NCBI GenBank assembly: GCA_030390025.1 | Contig: CM059432.1 | Span: 93,806,001-93,870,000, forward strand | Length of the DNA stretch: 64,000 nt | Origin: Squalus acanthias | Lineage: Eukaryota | Direction of reading: 5' to 3' | In this document: piece after piece, positions 37,386 through 50,258 of the stretch | Layout: each line of letters begins with the position of its first letter | Position numbering within the stretch: the stretch's first letter is position 1 | Translations under genes and position numbers: made by a program | The notes under the pieces: model-generated | Seen by the model: the letters and a program-made list of their open reading frames with translations, nothing else | Databases searched by the model: none | Told to the model about the DNA's origin: nothing

Positions 37386-38283
37386 TGGGCCGGATTTTGC
37401 GACAATAATAATGGTGAGGCTAGCAGTGCTCAAAGTTATAACGGGGTAAATTGGAAAGCAACTTCTTGCATCCACATCTGTGCAGTTAAACACGCAAATC
37501 CGGAAGTTGCTGTCAGAGATATCCCGCTCCTCCACAGTGTACGCTGTTGCAGTTCTCGCTGATAGACTCGGCACTGAAATGACTACAACGGCATGAACTT
37601 GTAGCACTTGCCTACTAGTTCTGCACTTAAAAGTGCTGAAAAAGTTAGGGCTGGTGTATTCAGGAGTAAGTGAGTTTTTAGACGGCGTGATAAGTAATAA
37701 TTACTTGACATCCTCTCTAGCCCTGAAAATTTAATTTAAAAAAGTGTGGAGTCTCATTCACGCAAGAAAATTAGTGTTGGAGATTTTTTAAAAGTAAAAA
37801 ATTTTTTTTCCCCAACTTTTTCCTCTCTCTCCCCCTTAATCCCATCTGTATTTCCCAATCTTTAAGAACATAAGAACACAATAATTAGGAGGAGTAGGCC
37901 ATACGGCCCCTTGAGCCTGCTCTCCCATTCAATAAGATCATGGCTGATCTTTGACCTCAACTCCACTTTCCCGCTTGATCGCCATATCCTTTATTTTGCT
38001 TTCTGTACATCATTTAAATCTAATTTATATTTCCTGCTTTATACTTCCTGGTTTAGAGTCTGCGTGTGTCAGTAAGGATTCTTCAATCTGATTGGTTGAA
38101 GAGCCTCGCTGTTTCTTGACCTGCTCACAAACGCTACGGATTCCCTGTAGCTGGCGCCTCGCTGGATCAGACCCCGATGACAGGAAGTCTTCTCTCTAAA
38201 GCCCACAAAAACTTTGAGGGCAGCTGTCAGCCAGGTGAACGGCAAGTGCCGTTCCTTCGCCGCTGACTGCAAAATCCAAACCA
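37386..38283. mobile_element. MITE (tgggcccggattttgc / gcaaaatccaaacca) containing a short CR1 3' end at ~37863-37990
   Basis: TIRs; internal taagaacataagaac...gagtaggccatacggccccttgagcctgc. Confidence 0.65.
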
Positions 38284-39840
38284 ATAGTGCACTGTCTAGT
38301 TTTGACATTGGCCACTGTGTGCACAGTCCAAAAGGAATTCCCATACCGTTACATGCAGGTTCCAATTTCGGCTCTTTCCTTTTCCTTATTTACATGTTGT
38401 CTCTCGTTGACAGTATCCATAGGCATGGTTTCAATTGCATGTATGCTAATGACACCCAGCTCTATACTTCAACATGACCTTCAATTCCATGACACTCCAG
38501 GGGTGGTGACATCTTCACAGAAGATGTAAACCAAAGCCCCCATCTGTCTGATGAGGAGGGAATTCAAGATACCACGGCACTATTCAAAGAAGAACAGGGA
38601 GTTCTCCCAATGTCCTGGTCAACATACTCCCCCTAACCAGCCACCAAAAAGAATTAGCTGGTCAATTATCTAATTTGTTGTTCTGAGGGACCCTGCTGTG
38701 CACAAATTAGCGGCTGCGTTTGCCCACATAACAACAGTGACCGCATATCAAAAAGTAACTTATTTAATGGGAAGTACTTTGAGATATTCTGTGGATGTGA
38801 TACAATGCTATATTAACACATTTGTTCAATCTTTAAAAACCTTCCTTAAAATACATCCTCTCGATTGTGCTTTGGTAATTTCTTCTAACGTCTCCAATAC
38901 CACTTGGTATCCACTCTTCTATGTGAAGCACCTTGGGATGTTTATTATGCTAAAAGCACCATACAGGTACAAGTTGTTGCTGTTGAAGGCTAAGAGGGGA
39001 GTGCATTAGCACAAAATTGGATTAAAGATTAGTTCAAAAGCAAAATAAATATTTTAAGAATATTTAGGTCAGTGAAAGATTTAGGCAATCAGTATCTGGT
39101 GTTCTTGCATGGAATCAAAACTGACCGCTACAGTTGGTTTGGGATGCATTTCCATTTGTCTTCACTATCAGTTTGTTTGCAAAGACATCAATATTCTTGG
39201 ATGGTAGCAAATACTTCATTCTTTGTCAGGAATCCATGATCTTTTGCCCATTTTGTCTAACCAATATTTTCTTGCAGTTTATGGCATTGATGTGAGTCTC
39301 CCTACAAGTTACCTAACTAAACACTGCTCACGCAGTCTTCCTTTGTCCAGGCATGGGTAGAACTTTTATGCAACTGCTTGGGAATCAGGACTACTGAGAA
39401 ATGTCTATTGTTCCCATTCAGAATACCAGTCAACCTGTGAGTACAGTATCCCTTCTGTGTCCACCAGACCAATGCAAGGTTGTGGTGACACCTTGCTTCC
39501 TCCACTGTTGGATGATGTAATTCACACCGGACGCGTAGAGAATCCTAAACTATCACAATACTTAAGAATTCATGCTGGAACAATAAAATAGAATTAATTA
39601 AGGTGACTCGTATAAAACTTCTGGCAGATGTTCCACAACCTTTACAGCACAAGGTCAAAAAATGTACAGCGTTCAATAAACCATTGCTGCATCCGTCAGA
39701 CAGACAGATCAACTATGGAATAGCAAAAATATTTTTGGGTTTCAGCACAGAACGGAAGAAGGTTGAATACTGATTTTTATTTGACAATCCTGCATTAAGT
39801 ATAAACAGTGCTCCAAATTTTAAAAAGAAATAAAAATATC

Positions 39841-40036
39841 AGCCTGGAAATTCATGTGAGCCATGATATCATACAAATGTTTGATGTTCATATCAAATTC
39901 CTATCTCTGCTATTTTAAATGGAGGTGTTAAGCAAGTTAAAATAGATAGATTAGTGTCTCCATTAAAATAGCAAAGAGGAATTTGAAGTGTATTAGGCTT
40001 TTATCTGTTAACTTTGCTCACAGTAATTTCCAGGCT
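39841..40036. mobile_element. Palindromic hairpin MITE; related copies at ~8780-8932 and ~27340-27395
   Basis: gcctggaaattcatgtgagc / gctcacagtaatttccaggc TIRs; inner ctattttaaatggagg / ctccattaaaatag. Confidence 0.65.
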
Positions 40037-40241
40037 ATTGTGTTCTACTGATTAAACTAATTGCAATGAAGATAAACTTACGTTTCTAAGATAGGGCGAT
40101 AAATGATGGGCTAAAGTTTAGGCATTACATTAGATCCCACCTTGTCCTATTCTGTAATGTAGCAATTCTAATAACTGGAGCAGCTGGACTGAGGCCACTC
40201 TAATCTTGTCAATTTCAAGTTAAAAGGTCAGGTCAGGCTTA

Positions 40242-40340
<99 letters not shown>

Positions 40341-41257
40341 CTAGGAGGGAAAAAGCACAAAGTGTCAAGCTTTCCTGAGAAAACAGATCAAAACATTACA
40401 GCACAACTAGGATACAGTTCCACTGCCCAGAGTCTCCCCTGAACCAACCACCCACATCATTTACTTACACACTCCCAGACATGGCTCAGTTTAACTTTTT
40501 CAGCATTTACCTTCAGGCAAGTACTCAAATTGTTTTAATATCGGAGTACCTATCTACCTGACAAATTAACAGAGTAAACATCAGTCTGTTTTAAATTTTT
40601 CTATTTCATTTCAAACTCAGTCTTTTGTGCCATCTAACGGCTGGAGAGGTGTCCGAGCAGTTGAAGGCAATGGCCCCAAAAATCCTCGGTGTGCAATCAT
40701 GGTGTGCCAGTGTCCTCCAGAGCTGACCTTGGGGTTTACAGAGTCGGTTGGGAGGGCTCCAGCATCACTACAGGTACATCCCTGGCTCCCGCCTCATTTA
40801 ATGCAGCAGGAAAGTCCAACCCCCAGCAATATTCCCCTCAGGTTTTTTCTTATTGTCCCTTTCTTTGGGTGTACAAAGGTCCAAGTCACTTTCCTGGCCG
40901 ATACATTTCCTCCCCCCACCACCAACACCCCCTTCCCTCCCCATGGTGGCCCATCTAACTGATCAGACTGACTCCAGCACTACATTGGGTCTCGACCAAG
41001 TCAGGCAAGCAGAAACTCCTGGCTTAGGGAATCTCCACCACAGGCACTGTGCCCCTGACAACACTTGCCTTGTAAAGGTTGGCAGAGGTTCTACACCTTA
41101 CATGGCATGTTCTAAAATCCCAGAAAGATCCATGAAGTACCATGGAAATTTAAAAAAAAGTTAAAAGTGCTCCTTCAATGCCAGTTGTTTTGACCCAGCA
41201 GAACCACATACCCTGCCATTTTCTGGTGGTTTCTGCTGGTCTCTGGGCAGTTATAGC

Positions 41258-44013
41258 AGAAACATAGAAGACAGGAGCAGGAGTAGGCCATTCGGCCCCT
41301 CGAGCCTGTTCCGCCATTTAATGAGATCATGACTGATCATCCAAATTCAGTACCCTGTCTCTGCTTTCTCCCCATATCCCTTGATCCCTTTAGCCTTAAG
41401 AAATATATCTAACTCCTTCTTGAATATATTTAATGAATTGGCCTCAACTGCCTTCTGTGGTAGAGAATTCCGCAGGTTCACCACTCTCTGGGTGAAGAAA
41501 TTCCTCCTCATCTCAGTCCTAAATGGCTTACCCCTTGTCCTTAGACTGTGAGCCCTGGTTCTGGACTCCCCTGCCATCGGGAACATCCTTCCTGCATCTA
41601 GTCTGTTTAGTCCTGTTAGAATTTTATAAGTTTCAATGAGATCCCCTCTCATTCTTCTAAACTCTAGCGAATATAAGCCTAATCGACCCAATCTCTCTTC
41701 ATACGTCATTCCTGCCATCCCAGGTATCAGTCTGGTGAATCTTCGCTGCACTCCCTCCATGGCAAGAACATCCTTCCTCAGATAAGGAGACCAAAACTGC
41801 ACACAATACTCAAGGTGTGGTCTCACCAAGGCCCTGTACAACTGCAGCAAGACATCCTTGCTCCTGTACTCGAATCCTCTCGCTATGAAGGCCAACATAC
41901 CATTTGCCTTCTTAACCGCCTGCTGTACCTGCATGCTTACCTTCAGCGACTGGTGCACAAGGACACCCAGGTCTCGTTGCACTTCCCCTTTTCCCAATCT
42001 ATTGCCGTTCAGATAATAATCTGCCTTCCTGTTTTTGCCACCAAAGTGGATAACCTCGCATTTATCCACATTATACTGCACCTGCCATGCATCTGCCCAA
42101 TCACCCAACCTGTCCCAATCATACTGGAGTTTCTCTGCATCCTCCTGTCAGCACACACGCCCACCCAGCTTTGTGTTGTCTGCAAACTTGGAGATATTAC
42201 ATCTAGTTCCCTCGTCTAGATCATTAATATATATTGTGAATAACTGGGGTCCTAGCACCGATCCCTGCGGTACCCCACTAGTCACAGCCTGCCACTCGGA
42301 AAAAGACCCGTTTATTCCAACTCTTTGCTTCCTGTCTGCCAACCAGTTCTCCATCCAAGTCAGTACCTTACCCCCAATCCCACGTGCTTTAACTTTGCAC
42401 GCTAATTTCTTATGTGGGACCTTATCAAAAGCCTTCTGAAAGTTCAAATACACCACATCCACTGGTTCTCCCTTGTCTATTCTACCAGTACATCCTCAAA
42501 AAATTCCATTAGATTAGTCAAGCATGATTTACCTTTTGTAAATCCATGTTGACTTTGTCCGATCCTGTCACTGTTTTCCAAGTGCTCTGCTATTACATCT
42601 TTTATAATGGACTCTAGCATTTTCCCCACTACCGATGTCAGGCTTACCGATCTATAATTCCCCGTTTTTCTCTCTACCACCTTTTTTAAATAGCAGGGTT
42701 ACATTAGCTACCCTCCAATCCATGGGAACTGTTCCAGAGTCTATAGAATTTTGGAAGATGACCAGCAATGCATCTACTATTTCTAGTGCCACTTCCTTAA
42801 GTACCCTAGGATGTAGATTATTAGGCCCTGGGGATTTATCGGCCTTCAAGCCCGTCAATTTCCCTAACACCATTTCCCTACAAATACTAATTTCATTCAG
42901 TTCCTCCCTCTCATTAGACCCTATGTTCCCCGACATCTCTGGGAGGTTATTTGTGTCCTCCTTTGTGAAGACAGAACCAAAGTATGTATTTAATTGGTCT
43001 GCCATTTCTTTGTTCCCCATTATAAATTCCCCTGATTCTGACTGCAAGGGACCTACGCTTGACTTCACCAATCTTTTTCTCTTCACATATCTATAGAAGC
43101 TTTTACAGTCAGTTTTTATGTTCCCTGCAAGTTTACTCTCGTACTCTATTTCCCCCCTCTTAATTAATCCCTTTGTCCTGCTTTGCTGAATCCTAAACTG
43201 CTCCCAATCCTCAGGTTTGCTGCTTTTTCTGGCCAATTTATATGTCCTCTCCTGGGATCTTATGCTATCCCTAATTTCCCTTGTTAGCCACGGTTGAGCC
43301 ACCTTTTTTGTTTTATTTTTATGCTAAACAGGGATGAACAAATTCTGTAGTTCATTCTTGCGATCTTTAAATGTTTGCCAATGCCTATCCACCGTCAACC
43401 CTTTAAGTAACATTCCCCAATCCATCCTAGCCAACTCGCGCCTCATACCATCGTAGTTTCCTTTATTTAAATTCAGGACCCTAGTCTCTGAGTCAACTAC
43501 TTCACTCTCCATCTTAATGAAGAATTCTATCAGATTATGATCGCTCCTCCCCAAGGGGCCTCTCACAACAAGATTGCTAATTAATCCTTTCTCATTGCAT
43601 AATACCCAGTCTAAGATGGCCTGATCTCTAGTTGGTTCCTCGACATATTGGTCCAGGAAATCATCCCGTATACACTCTAGGAATTCCCCCTCCACAGTAT
43701 TGTTACTAATTTGGTTAGCCCAATCTATATGTAGATTAAAGTTATCCATGATAACTGCTGTGCCCTTATTGCACGCATCTCTAATTTCCCTTTTAATGCC
43801 ATCCCCAACCTCAGCATTACTGTTTGGGGGTCTGTATACAACTCCCACTAACGTGTTCTGCCCCTTGGTATTTCTCAGCTCTACCCATACAAATTCCACA
43901 TCATCAGAGCTAATATCCTTCCTTACTATTGTGTTAATCTCCTCTTTAACCAGCAATGCTACCCCACCTCCTTTTCCTTTTTGCCTGTCCTTCCTGAATA
44001 TTGAATACCCCTG
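41258..44013 (-). mobile_element. CR1 LINE, 5'-truncated, APE endonuclease + RT in frameshifted pieces, relatively young
   Basis: VGVVYRPP, ILDWVL, SDHNLI (EN); [60 protein letters not shown] (RT); CR1 3' terminus at 41258. Confidence 0.96.
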
Positions 44014-44265
44014 GAAGACCAGTGAAGCCCTTGTAGATTTTTGAGGCCAACATTTGAACCCTGGAATTCAATTCATTAAGTCAATTATATTGTTTCAATA
44101 TATTCTCTTTCCTCCTGCTCCATACCTGTGATTGTCCTACTCCAATACAGCTGACATGGCTCTAAGTTGTCCCCTCCCAGCCAATATTATTTGGTATTGG
44201 GAGGAATCACCAACCCAGCTACCCTCATGGTCTGAAAACAGTCAACTCCTTTGGAACATTTTTTT

Positions 44266-44391
44266 ATGATGTGGAGATGCCGGTGTTGGACTGGGGTGGA
44301 CAAATGTGAGAAGTCGCACAACACCAGGTTATAGTCCAACAGCTTTATTTGAAATCACAAGCTTTCGGAGCGCTGCTCCTTCGTCAGGTGA
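44266..44391 (-). mobile_element. Solo PLE pLTR fragment (hammerhead + downstream + tail), same family as 63261-63547
   Basis: Reverse complement is near identical to 63417-63547. Confidence 0.85.
44355..44391 (-). ncRNA. Minimal hammerhead ribozyme motif
   Basis: TCAC-CTGACGA-a-GGAGC-AGC-GCTCC-GAAA-GC-TT-GTGA. Confidence 0.75.
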
Positions 44392-46383
44392 CTTTTTAAA
44401 AAGTAACCTTTATGATAAAAAGTCAATCTTTACAAATGGACACATTACAAATCCAAACAGGAAAGATGTGAAACATTTAAAAGTTAAAATTAAAGCATTA
44501 ACATTTTAGAAGAAAATTGTACACAGGTTTAAATATTGATTAGTACAATTCCTAACATGGCATTTTCAGAATGGCAAATGCTTCAAGTTTCAGGATGGCT
44601 ATGAAGGGATATACCTGGAGATAGATGCAGTAATACTCTCCTACCCTTTTTTTAAATGCATAAAAGTAGGTAAGATAGTTCTTAGCGGGAATAAATATTT
44701 CTCTTTTTCCTCGCTTGCACTACAAGATAAAGAAAGAAGAGGGAAAGACTACCATTTATATAGTGCCTTTCACGACCACCGGATGTCCCAAAGCGTTTTA
44801 CAGCCAATGAAGTAGTGGTACTATTTTAGGAAGGTATTGGTTAGGGCAGAGGAGGGACTCAAGGCACATTGGAGAAGGAGGAATGCACTACTTCAAGCAC
44901 TTCAGGTGCCTTACCAGCAGTACTTGGGCAAGCGAACATCCACCAATAAGTCCTAATGCGCAAATATCAATTCATCAAAAGCATGAACCAATATAATACA
45001 ACTACAATAACAGTTAAGTGGAACAATATTTGAAATTGAGAGACAAATTTATCTAATTCAGAACCACAATATACATCAATTTCTTTATTACATGCTAGGA
45101 TAAGATTTTTATGCTTAGAATTTGTGTATACTCTGCAGAATTTGGTCAACTATGTTAATCAAAATACAAAATGATGTAAAACACTGTACAATGCTGTTCA
45201 CTGCAGCAGAAAGGCGTCTACCATTAATACTACTCTATTGTAAAGTGCAATGGCAGCATGTTTTAAAATGCAAGGCCGGCAGTCAGCCACTCAAAATCTA
45301 AACAAAAGATTAGGCACCATTCCAAAATGACCATGGCATTGAACTAAGGAATGCAAAAAAGCTACAAACTGTACTATACTGATCTGTTCTAAATGTACTT
45401 TGCTCAATTATGTTGTGTCTTTTAGCCAATGTTGGGCAAGGAGCCACTGCAAACAAGCTTTCAAGCTATTTTTTTTTTATACTCGGATATCCTGTATATC
45501 TCTTAATAAATAATGTACGTGGACAGCAGTGTAACAGTACATCATGGGCTGGAGGTCTTTTTAAGGTCCTCATCTTATGTTTAGCAGTGGCATTTAATTT
45601 GTCATTTCACTCATTTTAAACAAACATACTACAAAAATATTGCATTTCTGTATCTTTCGCTTCCTTCCAGCAAGATAATGCAGCTTCTAAAATTGTTATA
45701 TATTTAATGTTGAATGATCAACATTCAAACTACAAACAGGGCTTATTTGCTTCAAGTAGTGCTGCACTGTCAGCTATTTTTGTCACACAGCATCTTAAAC
45801 CGTTGACCGTCATAACGGTAAATGCCTGTTGGAGAAAGAATAAAACCAATACTAAAGTCGATCCCTTGGAAAGTAGCTGAGGAAATGGTATGAGCAGGAT
45901 ATTTTGTGTGTTCTCGATATGTGTAGAAGGCAGAGGCAATTAATCAACAGGATTAAGTGTGTTGACTTGATCCCACATTTTGTGAGCTATAGAGTTAAAT
46001 TTAATAGAACATTGATCCAAGATGATCAACTGTGAACGATCAACTACAGTTTAATTGCTATTTAGAAGAGCGCTACCTTCTTAAATAACTCCGTAATTAT
46101 AACTCTTTACAATTCTAAACGACAGTCACTTGAACAGATATAATGCTACTGTAATGAATGCAAACTCCATGCAGGTAAAGATTGCCTTTTGTAACACTTT
46201 TGAGCCTTGCTTGATCTTGATATTAGAATTTTTTTGCAACGAATTCGGACGAGTCTTTTATTTATTTGCAAACTAGTTTCACATTTTGTTAGCATTCATT
46301 TCTTTTATATATTACTGTACTTTCAGGAAGTGCTGCATACAAGTAGTGACCAAAGGAAATGCAAACCTCACTTTTGAACTTAC

Positions 46384-46536
46384 TTCACTGGGCCGGATTT
46401 TGATGTAGAAGTTATTCCTTTTGTACGAGATCTTGAGAACCTTGGGCCAGGCAAATCTGTTTATTCTCAGCCTGTCTCTGTAGATCAGCAAGCCACTGGC
46501 ACACACACCAAGCATGATATCAACTCCTTCTGAATC
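46384..46536 (-). CDS. EPB41L3: EPB41L3 exon, FERM-C ([51 protein letters not shown])
   Basis: tttacaag|GAT acceptor, GAA|gtaagt donor, 153 bp, phase 0-0. Confidence 0.96.
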
Positions 46537-48677
46537 CTTGTAAAGCACAAAAACAAATACTCTTGACAGTACTGTCTTCAGCCCAGTGCAGTATTAGAAA
46601 CTACCAGACACAATTTCATTAAATAGTGTGGCACTGCTAAGTATATTCAACGGACAACCACAAAATACTAAGCATCTCAGAGGATGGAAAATGGGGCAGA
46701 CTGTGGAAAATGAGGAGGAACCCAGTTTTGCCAGGATTCCCACCAATAGAGGGAAGGCTGGGTAATTCCAGTAGTGGACTGTGGGCGGAAGCCAATCAGA
46801 CATTCTGAGCGTCAGTTGAGGCTGGCACCACTGATGTGCCCTTTCAGGTGTGATGTGCAGGCTCCAACCATGCGAATGGCCCAATCTGGGACAGGGTCAG
46901 CAGCCTTCACTTTGGGTGGCCATAGGTTCTACTCTGCTGCACTTACACCAGTGGAGCAAGCCCATCGGAATTCTGGACTCATGGATTCTAATGCCCAACT
47001 ATCATGAGCACTAGATTTTAATGCACAGAATTCTCACCACGTGTTCTCCCGATCGACTGTCATAACTTCGGCGGAAAACCCCGTTTACACGTCTATCTGG
47101 CGCATCTGCCGATCTTCCACCAAAGTTACGGCAGCTGATCAGGAGAACCTGCGAGGAAATTCATGGCGCTATTTCACAATTACTATGGCAGATGAGGATG
47201 GCTGGATGTAAAAGGAGAAATAGAATTTTTTCCTCTTGGTTATTACATATATTTATTATAGTTTAGAATGTATCATAAAGGAAGGTAAAAACCGAGGCAG
47301 ATGGGCAATATTAACTTGCATGAATTCTTCAATTACTGCCTCATGCAGCAAATTTGTTGCAAGAAGAAAACAGAGTCAAATTGAACTTAGTAAAGATTTT
47401 CCTAAATCTGAAAGTAAATAGATTTTTGGTGCCAGTTTTGATAAAAGTGAGGACACACAAATAATTTACAGGCACTGAATTGTTTTTCTCCTCTTCTTCT
47501 AATCTATCCCTCATTCTGGCAATGGGAAAGAACTTTTTGTGCTTGCAATCAGTGGTCGCAATACCCAAAGTTTTAAGTGGTCAGACGTCCAGCTTTGGTC
47601 TCCACCATTATTGCCGAATTGAATACAACCACGTTCCTGCTCCTTGTTCATTTACTTTACTTCTTTTCCTATTCTGTTTCTTTCCTTATCCTCACCACAT
47701 GTCTGATTCACCGCCTCAGTTTTATGTTTTCAATGATCTGTTGAGTTTCCTTTTCTCTTCTGCCTTTCATTCCTTTGCAGCTCTTTTCAGTTATATTTCT
47801 GCTTTAAGCTTTTCTTTGTACTTTTTGTCCATTCTCCTTCAGAGTTCACTGCTCTTAGACATGCAATGGAAGAGCTTCCATCAGCTCACGCATGAGTTCT
47901 GGTACTAAATTGAGGTGGACTTATGGCAAAAAAGGGAAATGGTTGCAAAGAAGGAGGGCTCTGGCATATAAATACCCATCGCTCAGCTACCTGAAGGGGG
48001 AGTAAGTGGCTCTTTCACCACGCTCAAGGTAGATGTCCGTCACATACCTAGTGAGGAAACTCGAGAAAAGAACTCACTTGGAAGCCAGGTATGAGTACAA
48101 ACATATATCCAGGGTTCAGTGCCTACTGTGATTGGGTTGCAGAGAGACAAGCAGCTGCTGTTGATGTTCAGCACCCCAAATGGTGGAAACACTGTTTGAT
48201 GGGGCATGGTGTCTGTTCATGCTGAGGTCCAGAGGCTGGCTGCAATGCACAGATACATCTTATAGTGAGTTGTGTTGCTCACCATGCCTCTCAGAATTAT
48301 TCCTTGTACCTGGTGTCTGCTTAGAAAAGGCTCAAACACATCCTTGCCAGTTGTCTGATGACCATTGAGTGACTACCTTCCTCGGGGAGGAATAGGGGAA
48401 GAAAGGAGGGTCTGGTTAGGGATTGAGTTGGCTTCAAGATGACATGCCTGACCTCTGATTTACCAGTTATTTTGATGTTCTCTATATCTATGACCAATGC
48501 CACATAGCACTTTTACTCCACTGTTACAATTTCTTAATCCAAGTTGTCAGGTAGAGGTCTTCAGAAAAGAGACGAGATGCTTAATTTGTAGATCAAAGTC
48601 ACCCTCTCCTATTGCCAGGCATGTCATCATAGAACCAACTCGATCCCAGAAAACCCGTTAGGCAGACGCAAAATTGA

Positions 48678-49245
48678 TCCATCTGCTGCTGAAACCCTCA
48701 TCCATGCCTTTGTTACCGCCAGACTCAACTATTTCAATGCTCTCCTGGTCGGCCTCCCACCCTCCGTAAACTTCAGCTCATCCAAAACTCTGCTGTCCGT
48801 ATCCTAATTCACACGAAGTCCCGTTCACCCATCACCCCTGTGCTCGCTGACCGACAGTCCAGCAACGCTCATCCTTAATTTTCAAATCCCTCCATGCCTC
48901 GCCCTTCCTCACCTCTTGTAACTTGTTCCAGCCCTACAACCCTCTGAAAACTCTGCGTTCCTCTAATTCTGGCCTATTGTACATCTCTGATTTCCTTCGC
49001 CACGCCATTGGTTGCCGTGCCTTCAGCTGTCCAGGTCCTAAGCTCTGAAATTCCCTCCTAAACCACTCTGCCGCTGTCTCCTCCTTTAAGTCTCTCCTTA
49101 GAATCTACCTCTTTAACCAAGCTTTTGGTCACCTGTCCTAATATTTCCTCGTGTGGCTCGGTGTCAAATTTTGTCCAATAACACTCCTGTGAAGCGCCTT
49201 GGGACGTTTTACTACATTAAAGGTGCTATATAAATGCAAGTTGTT
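48678..49245 (+). mobile_element. L2-like LINE 3' fragment
   Basis: SAAETLIHAFVTARLNYFNALL; tail aaggtgctatataaatgcaagttgtt. Confidence 0.88.
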
Positions 49246-50162
49246 AATCCATAGAGCAAATTTGGTAATCTGACACCGGAGTTGGGCAGGTATTCAGTAA
49301 TCCAGGACACTGTTGATGATTAACCAGTCAGCGTATCACCTTAAAAGCCCTGAAAGGTTCTATCAAGGGAATTATTCCCAGGCAATGCCAAATAAACCTG
49401 CAAGCCAATGCCCTAACAGGTAGACTGGTCCTAGATGGATTGACAGTAAGAAGCCTGCTGCTGGTAAGCTATAGAGTTTTAGCTTGTTGAACTCCAGCAG
49501 TACCTCGACACACTTAGGTTTCCAAAATCTTCACTGCTGCCAACCCGTGCCTAAAGTCTCTAGGCTTAGGTAAATGGAGTGAGTTCCTATGGGGAGAGAA
49601 TGTGCACTTCAAATCAGGCAAAAGGAGTTACGTGGATTTCTTTCAGGAGTTTGATTTGGAGACTTCCAGCTGACCAAAAAAAGGTTTCTTTCTGTCACCA
49701 AATGCCACAGCAAATTCTTGCTTTGTGAACTGGATAGATTCTACCATTAAACTGCATTTACCTTATGATTATACACACACAAACATTGTAATTGCTAGTC
49801 TTACTATAGACAGCCTTGTGGGTAGGATTAGTCCATGATAATCAGAAGACTAAGGCACAGGCAGTTTACCTATAGAATGTATGCATTGTGTAACTTTTCA
49901 ATGAAGTACAGAGACAAGTTTTACTTAGTGTAGGAAAACCTGGGGGAAAAGACTGAATATTTAATACATAATCTAGGTGTGTTACATATTGGTCCAGAAT
50001 TTGCAGTCAGCGGCGAAGCAAAGGTGTTCGCCACTGGCCCCGAAGTAAGCTTCGCACAAAGATCTCACGATTTCTATGTCAAGAATTTCGGGTTTTCCAA
50101 TGTGCAATTCAAATCAATGGAATACAGTGGGAATCCCATAGTGCGAGCTGCTGTGACATCAA

Positions 50163-50258
50163 CTGAGAGAGGTGGATATAAAGAGCGGGAGAATCTGCTG
50201 AGAGGGGCGGATATAAAGAGCAGGAGAATCTGCTGAGAGGGGCGGATATAAAGAGCGG
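50163..50258 (+). promoter_or_regulatory. 35-bp tandem monomers (x~2.7) with GC-box and TATA at the CR1 5' end
   Basis: ctgagaggggcggatataaagagcgggagaatctg starts at 50163, 50198 and 50233; promoter role inferred. Confidence 0.55.

Noticed and set aside
41347-43956. Long RT/endonuclease ORFs as an active or domesticated gene
   Set aside because: ORF2 is broken by several frameshifts and 5'-truncated; an ordinary dead CR1 copy.
47890-48480. Possible transposon-derived coding remnant (RSRGWLQC, Myb/SANT-like)
   Set aside because: Similarity too weak to support without a search.
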